Assembly: GCA_031556075.1 (NCBI GenBank)
Contig: JAVBTS010000002.1
Coordinates: 14,016-78,015 of the forward strand
Reading direction: 5' to 3'
Length of the DNA stretch: 64,000 nucleotides
Source of the DNA: Alistipes sp.
GTDB taxonomy: Bacteria > Bacteroidota > Bacteroidia > Bacteroidales > Rikenellaceae
Numbering within the stretch: the stretch's first letter is position 1; each line of letters starts with the position of its first letter. A program made the position numbers and the translations under genes. The notes under the pieces are model-generated. The model was not told where the DNA came from and did not search any database. It saw only the letters and a list, made by a program, of their open reading frames with translations. This document shows positions 56,703-64,000 of this stretch, piece after piece.

Positions 56703-58307
56703 ATGTCCAAACGCGAACTACTACTCGGAGACGAAGCCCTGGCATTGGGTGCGCTCCACGCCGGACTTTCGGGCGTCTACGCCTATCCCGGCACGCCCTC
56801 GACCGAGATCACGGAATATATTCAGGCGAGCCGCCTGGCCGCCGAGCGGGGTGTACACTGCACCTGGTCGGCCAACGAAAAAACCGCCATGGAGGAGGCG
56901 CTCGGCATGTCTTTCGCCGGCAAGCGGGCCCTGGTCTGCATGAAGCATGTGGGCCTGAACGTCGCGGCCGACGCATTTGTCAACTCGGCGATGACCGGGG
57001 CCAACGGAGGCCTTGTGGTCGTTTCGGCCGACGACCCCTCGATGCACTCGTCGCAAAACGAGCAGGACTCGCGCTTCTACGGCAAATTTGCCCTTATACC
57101 GACCTTCGAACCCTCCAACCAGCAGGAGACCTACGACATGGTGCAGGCGGCGTTCGATCTGTCGGAGAAGTACCATATTCCGGTTCTGATGCGCATCACG
57201 ACCCGCATGGCCCACTCCAGAGCCGTGGTCGAAACACGCGATCTTCGCGACCAGAACAAGCTCTCCTACCCCCTCGAGCCACGCCAGTGGGTGTTGATGC
57301 CCGGCAACTCGCGCGTGCGATATAAAACGGTATTGGCCGACTACGCGAAGCTCGAGGACGAGGCCGCCGCAAGCCGTTTCAACGGCTATGCCGATGCCGC
57401 CGATAAATCGGTGGGAATCATCGCCTGCGGAATCGCCTACAACTATCTCATGGAAAATTATCCCGACGGATGCCCGCATCCGGTGCTCAAGATAGCGCAA
57501 TACCCGCTTCCGGCGGCACTCGTGCGCCGCATGGCCGCCGAATGCAAGTCGCTGCTCGTTATGGAGGAGGGGCAGCCCGTGGTAGAGGAGGCTATTCGCG
57601 GCGTGCTGGCGACTCCGGTTCCGGTTCGCGGCCGCATGTCGGGCGAACTACCCCGCACGGGCGAGCTTACGCCCGACAACGTACGTCCGGCCCTGGGACT
57701 CCCTGCCCGCGAGGTTCTTGCCGCAAGCGCAGTCGTCGTTGCGCGTCCGCCCGCGCTGTGCCAGGGCTGCGGACACCGCGACATGTACACCGCACTGACG
57801 GAAGTCGCCGCCGAGCACAAGAACGCCAAGGTTTTCAGCGACATCGGCTGTTATACGCTGGGTTGGCTCGCGCCGTTCCACGCCATCGACTCGTGCGTCG
57901 ACATGGGCGCCTCGATCACCATGGCAAAGGGAGCCGCCGATGCGGGCCAGTTCCCCTCAGTGGCCGTTATCGGCGACTCGACGTTCACGCATTCGGGCAT
58001 GACGGGCCTGCTGGACGCCGTGAACGAGAACGCAAATATTTTAGTGATCATCTCCGACAACCTCACCACCGGTATGACCGGAGGTCAGGATTCGGCCGGC
58101 ACGGGACGCCTCGAGCAGATCTGCGCGGGACTGGGCGTCGAGCCCGAACATATCCGCGTGGTGGTGCCTCTGCCCAAAAACCGAGAGCAGATGAAGACCA
58201 TGATCCGCGAAGAGATAGCATACAACGGTGTTTCGGTGATCATTCCGCGCCGCGAATGCATCCAGACCATGAAGCGTCACAATGCAGAAAAATCGAAAAA
58301 TCAGTAG
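56703..58307 (+). CDS. iorA: Indolepyruvate ferredoxin oxidoreductase alpha subunit
   Basis: YPGTPSTEI, MKHVGLNVAAD, DDPSMHSSQNEQD, RPPALCQGCGHR, GDSTFTHSG. Confidence 0.93.
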   Translation: MSKRELLLGDEALALGALHAGLSGVYAYPGTPSTEITEYIQASRLAAERGVHCTWSANEKTAMEEALGMSFAGKRALVCMKHVGLNVAADAFVNSAMTGANGGLVVVSADDPSMHSSQNEQDSRFYGKFALIPTFEPSNQQETYDMVQAAFDLSEKYHIPVLMRITTRMAHSRAVVETRDLRDQNKLSYPLEPRQWVLMPGNSRVRYKTVLADYAKLEDEAAASRFNGYADAADKSVGIIACGIAYNYLMENYPDGCPHPVLKIAQYPLPAALVRRMAAECKSLLVMEEGQPVVEEAIRGVLATPVPVRGRMSGELPRTGELTPDNVRPALGLPAREVLAASAVVVARPPALCQGCGHRDMYTALTEVAAEHKNAKVFSDIGCYTLGWLAPFHAIDSCVDMGASITMAKGAADAGQFPSVAVIGDSTFTHSGMTGLLDAVNENANILVIISDNLTTGMTGGQDSAGTGRLEQICAGLGVEPEHIRVVVPLPKNREQMKTMIREEIAYNGVSVIIPRRECIQTMKRHNAEKSKNQ

Positions 58308-58310
58308 CAG

Positions 58311-58895
58311 ATGAAACGCGATATAATTCTTTCGGGCGTGGGAGGACAAGGCATCCTCTCGATCGCCACGGTCATAGGCAAAGCGGCCCTCAACGACTCT
58401 TTGCAGATCAAGCAGGCCGAAGTTCACGGCATGAGCCAGCGGGGCGGCGACGTGCAGTCGAACCTGCGCATCTCGTCTTCGGCCATCGCTTCCGACCTTA
58501 TTCCGCAGGGTGCGGCCGACATCGTGATCTCGCTCGAGCCTATGGAGGCACTGCGCTATCTGCCGTGGCTGGCCCCGGGCGGCTGGATCATCACCAACAC
58601 CGCGCCGTTCGTCAACATCCCCAACTATCCCGAGATGGAGGCCGTCGAGCGCGAGTTGAAGGCCCTGCCTCATGTCATCGCCCTCGACGTCGACGCCATA
58701 GCCAAAGAGCTCTCGTCGCCCCGCGCCGCCAATATCGTGCTGCTGGGTGCCGCGGCGCCGTTCTTGGGCATCGAGCCCGCAAAACTCGAGCAGGGAATAC
58801 GCGAAATTTTCGGCCGCAAGGGCGAAGAGGTCGTGGAGATGAACCTCGCGGCATTCCGCGCGGGATACGAATACGCACAAAAACAGGCGAAATAA
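58311..58895 (+). CDS. iorB: Indolepyruvate ferredoxin oxidoreductase beta subunit
   Basis: GVGGQGIL, EVHGMSQRGG, EPMEALR. Confidence 0.93.
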   Translation: MKRDIILSGVGGQGILSIATVIGKAALNDSLQIKQAEVHGMSQRGGDVQSNLRISSSAIASDLIPQGAADIVISLEPMEALRYLPWLAPGGWIITNTAPFVNIPNYPEMEAVERELKALPHVIALDVDAIAKELSSPRAANIVLLGAAAPFLGIEPAKLEQGIREIFGRKGEEVVEMNLAAFRAGYEYAQKQAK

Positions 58896-60205
58896 TGAAG
58901 CTGCCATTAGACCCCAAAGCCCTCTCCGACGCGTTGGAGAGCATGGATATCGCCGATATCGCCCAGGCCACGATCCGCCAGTCGGGCGACATTGCCCGCA
59001 TCATGGAGAAAGAGACGGGGCTGGAGTTTCTCCACCTCGAAATGGGCGTTCCGGGGCTGCCGCCCGCCGCGGTGGGCATCGCCGCCGAGTGCGAAGCGCT
59101 GCGCAACGGCATCGCCTCGCAGTATCCCAATATGAACGGCATCCCCGAGCTCAAGGAGCAGGCTTCGCGCTTCGTGAAAGCATTCCTCGATATCGAGATA
59201 TCGCCCAAAGGGTTTATCCCGACCGTGGGCTCGATGCAGGGCAGTTTTACGACGTTTCTGTTGTGCTCGCAACTCGACCCCGCGAAGAAAAAGATACTCT
59301 TCATCGACCCGGGATTTCCGGTACAGCGTAACCAGGTGCAGATTCTGGATATCCCGAGCGAATCGTTTGACATCTATGAATACCGTTCCGAGAAACTGGG
59401 CCCGAAACTTGAAAGCTATCTTTCGAAGGGCGACATCGCGGCCGTCGTCTACTCGAATCCCAACAACCCGGCGTGGATATGCATGACCGAGGAGGAGCTC
59501 CGCACCATCGGCGAGCTGGCTACGAAATACGACGCTATCGTGATCGAAGACCTCGCATACCTTTGCATGGACTTCCGCAAGCCGCTGGGCAAGCCTTTCG
59601 AGGCGCCGTTCCAGGCGTCGGTCGCACGCTATACCGATAATTATATACTGATGCTCTCGGGCTCGAAGATTTTCAGCTACGCCGGTCAGCGCATCGCCGT
59701 GGTCGCTATCTCCGACAAACTCTACAAGCGCGTCTACCCCTCCCTTCGCGAACGCTATGGCATGGCACGCCTCGGCGACGCTTATGTGCTGTCAATCCTC
59801 TACGCCGCATCGTCGGGCACAAGCCATTCGGCCCAGTACGCCCTTGCGGCGATGTTCCGCGCGGCGGCCGACGGCAAGCTCGACTTCGTGGGCGACGCGG
59901 CCGAATACGCACGCCGCGCGAAGATCACCAAAGAGTCGTTCCTGCGCCATGGTTTCCATATCGTCTACGACAAAGACCGCGACGAGGATGTGAGCGACGG
60001 ATTTTTCTACACCGTGGGCTACGGCCGGATGACGAGTTCGGAACTGTTGAGCGAACTGTTGCTTTACGGCGTCTGCGCCATCTCGCTTACCACCACCGGA
60101 AGCCAGCAGGCCGGAATCCGCGTCTGCATCTCGCAGATGAACCGCCCGGGGCAGTTCGACTTGCTCGAAGAGCGCCTCGCGGCATTTGATGCTAACCACA
60201 AATAA
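58895..60205 (+). CDS. PLP-dependent aminotransferase, class I/II
   Basis: ATG overlaps the iorB TAA; SNPNNP, EDLAY, SGSKIFSYAGQR. Confidence 0.9.
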   Translation: MKLPLDPKALSDALESMDIADIAQATIRQSGDIARIMEKETGLEFLHLEMGVPGLPPAAVGIAAECEALRNGIASQYPNMNGIPELKEQASRFVKAFLDIEISPKGFIPTVGSMQGSFTTFLLCSQLDPAKKKILFIDPGFPVQRNQVQILDIPSESFDIYEYRSEKLGPKLESYLSKGDIAAVVYSNPNNPAWICMTEEELRTIGELATKYDAIVIEDLAYLCMDFRKPLGKPFEAPFQASVARYTDNYILMLSGSKIFSYAGQRIAVVAISDKLYKRVYPSLRERYGMARLGDAYVLSILYAASSGTSHSAQYALAAMFRAAADGKLDFVGDAAEYARRAKITKESFLRHGFHIVYDKDRDEDVSDGFFYTVGYGRMTSSELLSELLLYGVCAISLTTTGSQQAGIRVCISQMNRPGQFDLLEERLAAFDANHK

Positions 60206-60214
60206 CAAAAACCT

Positions 60215-61510
60215 ATGAAGTACACCACCGCGGCCGAGGCCGTAAAGCTTATCAGGTCACACAGCAGCGTCTACATCCAGGGCAGCACCTCGATCCCCGA
60301 AGTGCTCGTGCAGGCGATGACCGACCGCGCGGAGGAACTTACCGACGTCACGCTCTACTCGGCATTCGCCGTCGGACGCGCCGATGCGCCCTACTGTAAA
60401 CCGGAATACAAAGAGACTTTCCTTGTCAACAGCCTTTTCGTGGCCAACAATATCCGCTCGTGGCTGGCCCAAGGCTATGGCCAGTCGACGCCCGCATTCC
60501 TGGGCGAGATCCCCGCGCTGTTCCGTGACGGCACGTTGCCCGTGGACGTCGCGATGCTCAACGTGTCATACCCCAACGAGGAGGGCTACTGCTCGTTCGG
60601 CGTTTCGGCCGACCTTGCCACGTCGGCCGTGGAGATGGCCAAGGTTGTTATTGCACAGGTAAATAAGGCCATGCCGTTCTCCTACGGCGACGCACTGATC
60701 CACGTTTCGAAGCTCGCCGCCGCGGTCGAGGTCGACGATCCGCTGGTCGAAGTGCCCACTGCCGCCCCCGACGAGGTCGAGACCAGGATCGGCAACTTCA
60801 TCGCCGAGATGATCCCCGACGGCGCGACGCTCCAGATCGGTGTGGGAGGTATTCCCAACGCCGTTTTAGGTGCGCTCAAAGGCCACAAGCACCTTGGCTT
60901 GCACACCGAAGCCATGACCGACGGCGTGCTGCCGCTGATCGAGGCCGGCATCATCGACAACTCGCGAAAGGTTGTGATGCCCGGCATAAATATCGGCTCG
61001 CTGGCCCTCGGCTCGCGCAAGCTCTACGACTACATGGACTATCAGAAGGAGCTGCTGATGAAAGACGTGGCGTGGACCAACGCGCCGTTCCGCATCGCCC
61101 AGAACCCCAAGGTCATGGCCATAAACTCGGCTGTAGAAGTCGACCTCACGGGCCAGGTCTGCGCCGATTCGGTGGGCATGCGTATCATCTCGGGCGTGGG
61201 CGGGCAGCACGACTTCATGTATGGCGGTTCGCTGTCGGAGGGCGGCAAAACCTTTATCGCCATCCCCTCGATGTCGGCCAAAGGCGAGTCGAAGATCAAG
61301 GCCATACTGACCGCGGGCGCCGGGGTCGTCACCACGCGCCATATGATTCAGCATATCGTCACCGAATACGGTGTAGCGCATCTGCGCGGCCGCAATCTCG
61401 CCGAACGCGCAAGGGCGCTGATAGCCATCGCTCACCCCTCGAAGCGCGAGGAGCTCGAAAGGGCCGCTTGCGAACGCTATGGGTATTCGTTCCTGCGGCT
61501 GAAAGCATAA
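60215..61510 (+). CDS. Acetyl-CoA hydrolase/CoA-transferase family protein (4-hydroxybutyrate CoA-transferase-like)
   Basis: GATLQIGVGGIP, HTEAM, SGVGGQHDF, VTEYGVA, LIAIAHP. Confidence 0.9.
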   Translation: MKYTTAAEAVKLIRSHSSVYIQGSTSIPEVLVQAMTDRAEELTDVTLYSAFAVGRADAPYCKPEYKETFLVNSLFVANNIRSWLAQGYGQSTPAFLGEIPALFRDGTLPVDVAMLNVSYPNEEGYCSFGVSADLATSAVEMAKVVIAQVNKAMPFSYGDALIHVSKLAAAVEVDDPLVEVPTAAPDEVETRIGNFIAEMIPDGATLQIGVGGIPNAVLGALKGHKHLGLHTEAMTDGVLPLIEAGIIDNSRKVVMPGINIGSLALGSRKLYDYMDYQKELLMKDVAWTNAPFRIAQNPKVMAINSAVEVDLTGQVCADSVGMRIISGVGGQHDFMYGGSLSEGGKTFIAIPSMSAKGESKIKAILTAGAGVVTTRHMIQHIVTEYGVAHLRGRNLAERARALIAIAHPSKREELERAACERYGYSFLRLKA

Positions 61511-61526
61511 AACACATATATAATAA

Positions 61527-61562
61527 AAGAGAGTGTCTGCGGATTTTCGCAGGCGCTCTTTT
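61527..61562 (+). terminator. Intrinsic terminator of the ior operon
   Basis: AGAGAGTGTCTGCG...CGCAGGCGCTCTTTT. Confidence 0.7.
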
Positions 61563-61564
61563 GC

Positions 61565-61671
61565 ATGTCATTGCAAGGAGAACTCGCCCGACGTGGCAAT
61601 CCGATTGCTTGCACGGCCTTGCATATCATCGGATTGCCACGTCAGTCCTGCGGACCTCCTTGCAATGATAT
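61565..61671. repeat. Palindromic intergenic element, family P, copy 2
   Basis: ATGTCATTGCAAGGAG/CTCCTTGCAATGATAT ends; core nearly identical to 12731-12832. Confidence 0.85.
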
Positions 61672-61704
61672 GACGACCAATTTTTTTGGATTGATTAGGG
61701 GGGG

Positions 61705-61777
61705 TAGGTCGCAGTTTCGCTCCGCAGAGGCCTGCCATATATTACGTACATAGCCGACCGCCGCGAACTGCGGCCTG
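61705..61777 (+). repeat. Structured intergenic repeat, family H, copy 4
   Basis: AGGTCGCAGTTTCGCTCCGCAGAGGCCTGCCATATATTACGTACATAGCCGACCGCCGCGAACTGCGGCCT. Confidence 0.78.
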
Positions 61778-62161
61778 GAAACGACATCTACTCCCAAAAA
61801 ATGCGCTCCCCGTTCTATCTTTTATAAAAACAGAACAATAATTACACAAAACATCCGTTGATACGGAAAATACCCTCCAAACATCGGCACATCAGCAAGA
61901 TACGCCCAATCCATATATTAGGTTCAAAATATTTGTTTGAAATTTACAGTACTATGTGTTGCAAAGTATAAATTTTTCTTTTATATTTGCAGCCATAGAG
62001 TTCCTATTTTATTGGAGATTAGTAATTTTTTATTGATTTTCGATAAAAATAAGTTGTTTCCCGGATATTATTTCTATATTTGCCGACGATAACGATCATC
62101 AGCGCCCGAGGGGCACGCTATAAATCTACACGACAAACCGCTTACAACGTATCGACAGACT

Positions 62162-62851
62162 ATGATAAAGCTGGAAAACATCAACAAAACCTACAACAAC
62201 GGATCGCCGCTGCACGTGCTCAAAGGCATCGATCTCTCGATCGAAAAAGGCGAGCTGGTTTCGATTATGGGCGCTTCGGGCTCGGGCAAATCGACCCTTC
62301 TGAACATCCTCGGAATCCTCGACGACTACGACACGGGCAGCTACTACCTGGCCGGCCGTCTGATTAAGGATCTGTCGGAGACCCAGGCCGCAGCGGCCCG
62401 CAACAACATGATAGGCTACATTTTCCAGTCTTTCAACCTCATCAACTATAAGAACGCCATGGAAAACGTCGCGCTTCCGCTCTACTACCAGGGCGTCACG
62501 CGGCGCAAACGTAACGCCATCGCATTGGAATACCTCGACATCCTGGGTCTCAAGGACTGGGCGACGCATATGCCCAACGAGATGTCGGGAGGTCAGAAGC
62601 AGCGTGTGGCCATTGCCCGCGCACTGATCAACAAGCCCGAGATCATCCTTGCCGACGAGCCCACGGGCGCACTGGACAGCGCCACGTCGCAGGAGGTGAT
62701 GAACCTTTTGCGCAAGGTCAACGTCGATATGAACATGACCATTATCTGCGTGACCCACGAGCAGTCGATCGCCGACCAGACCGATAAGGTCATCTACCTG
62801 CGCGACGGCATCATCGAAAGCATCACCGAAACCGGCATTCTGCAGCGATGA
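62162..62851 (+). CDS. ABC transporter ATP-binding protein (LolD/MacB type)
   Basis: GASGSGKS, MSGGQKQRVAIARAL, ADEPTGALD. Confidence 0.95.
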   Translation: MIKLENINKTYNNGSPLHVLKGIDLSIEKGELVSIMGASGSGKSTLLNILGILDDYDTGSYYLAGRLIKDLSETQAAAARNNMIGYIFQSFNLINYKNAMENVALPLYYQGVTRRKRNAIALEYLDILGLKDWATHMPNEMSGGQKQRVAIARALINKPEIILADEPTGALDSATSQEVMNLLRKVNVDMNMTIICVTHEQSIADQTDKVIYLRDGIIESITETGILQR

Positions 62852-64000
62852 GAGAACTCCTATTAGAGATTTGGACGTCGATACGCCGCAATAAGCTGCG
62901 TACGTTCCTCACGGGATTTTCCGTGGCGTGGGGCATCTTCATGCTCGTGATCCTGCTGGGTTCGGGCAACGGGCTCAAGAACGGCGTAACGTCGAACTTC
63001 GGCGACTACGCCACCAACTCGATCGACCTCTACGGCGGCCGCACCTCGAAGCCCTACGCCGGCTATCAGAAAGGGCGATCCATAGAACTCAAAAACAGCG
63101 ACCTCGATATCCTCAAGCGCGAATTCCCCGAAGTGGACGAAGTGGCGGCTAACCTCTGGCTGAGCGGGCAGACGGCAACCTACGGAAAGGAGTTTACGCG
63201 AGTATGGCTGCGCGGTTCGTTGCCCAAGATCGCGACGATCGAAGGCCGCAAGATCATAAAGGGACGTTTTATCAACGAAACGGACATCCGCGACTTCCGC
63301 AAATCGCTGGTGATCGACCAAACGGCCGAAGCGCTCTTCTTCAAGGGCGAAGACCCGATCGGAAAGGATATCAAACTGGGCGACAAGGTATTCACCGTCG
63401 TGGGTGTCTACAAGGCCGACGCGCAGCGCAGCAGCTCCCTGTTCTACATGCCGCTCTCGACCGGCCAGCTGCTCTACAAGGCCAACAGCCCCGTGATCGA
63501 CAATGCCATCATCACCGTCAACGGCATCCACACCACCGAACAGATGGAGGATTTCGAGAAGCGCATCGTGCGCCGCCTGGCCGCCGAACACTATTTCGCG
63601 CCCGACGACGAGAGCGCCATATGGATCGACAACACCATGGAGACCTTCAAGAACTTCGCGATGGTCTTCGCCGGAATCAATATGTTCGTGTGGATCATCG
63701 GCCTGGGTACGCTGCTGGCCGGTATCGTGGGCGTGAGCAACATCATGCTCGTGACGGTCACCGAGCGCACGTTCGAATTCGGCATCCGCAAGGCCCTCGG
63801 CGCCAAACCGTCGTCGATCATCCGCCTGATTCTCACCGAATCGGTGATGATCACAGCCTTGTTCGGATATATAGGCATGGTGCTGGGCACTACCGTCATG
63901 GAGGCCCTCAACTACTATATGGAGCATGCTCCCAAGAAGGAAGGCAGCATGGGAGGGACCATGTTCCTCAACCCCACGATCGACCTCGGGATAGCGATAA
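62848..64000 (+). CDS. ABC transporter permease (MacB/FtsX family), 3'-partial, absent from the ORF track
   Basis: ATGA overlap with the ATPase; MRELLLEIWTSIRRNKLRTFLTGFSVAWGIF...GVSNIMLVTVTERTFEFGIRKALGA; no stop before the window end. Confidence 0.92.
   Translation, partial: MRELLLEIWTSIRRNKLRTFLTGFSVAWGIFMLVILLGSGNGLKNGVTSNFGDYATNSIDLYGGRTSKPYAGYQKGRSIELKNSDLDILKREFPEVDEVAANLWLSGQTATYGKEFTRVWLRGSLPKIATIEGRKIIKGRFINETDIRDFRKSLVIDQTAEALFFKGEDPIGKDIKLGDKVFTVVGVYKADAQRSSSLFYMPLSTGQLLYKANSPVIDNAIITVNGIHTTEQMEDFEKRIVRRLAAEHYFAPDDESAIWIDNTMETFKNFAMVFAGINMFVWIIGLGTLLAGIVGVSNIMLVTVTERTFEFGIRKALGAKPSSIIRLILTESVMITALFGYIGMVLGTTVMEALNYYMEHAPKKEGSMGGTMFLNPTIDLGIAI

Noticed and set aside
57470-58894. 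911-aa fusion ORF
   Set aside because: The first ~475 codons are an off-frame read through iorA and iorB; the aminotransferase starts at 58895

Overview
High-GC Bacteroidota chromosome segment. TAnnTTTG promoters, SusC/SusD, futalosine-pathway mqnC and the gene order point to Alistipes/Rikenellaceae (taxon is inferred). It has four parts. (1) 1-21.4 kb, housekeeping: rnr (5'-partial), mqnC, a complete F1Fo ATP synthase operon, murB, tilS, holA, coaD, lpxD, ruvC, two TlpA-like lipoproteins and tRNA-Arg(ACG). (2) 21407-33932, a ~12.5-kb lower-GC element integrated in that tRNA and bounded by a perfect 47-bp att repeat. It encodes a tyrosine integrase, HTH proteins, a phage-type initiator plus DnaB helicase, a sigma-like protein, an unusual 26-27-bp variable-core repeat array and a lone 989-aa tail tape-measure-like protein. 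No capsid, portal, terminase, other tail or conjugation gene is recognisable. This is the best candidate for an undescribed system: a phage satellite acting on helper tails. (3) 34.1-56.3 kb, an alginate/polyuronide utilisation locus: SusC/D, two IPT/TIG surface proteins, two PL6, PL17, PL38-like and an unclassified jelly-roll lyase, KdgF, MFS, SDR, an esterase and a FadR regulator with visible operators. (4) 56.7-64 kb: iorA-iorB-aminotransferase-CoA-transferase operon and a MacB-like ABC transporter (3'-partial). Two families of dispersed intergenic hairpin elements (4 and 2 copies) were also found. All family assignments come from motif recognition by eye; no searches were run.
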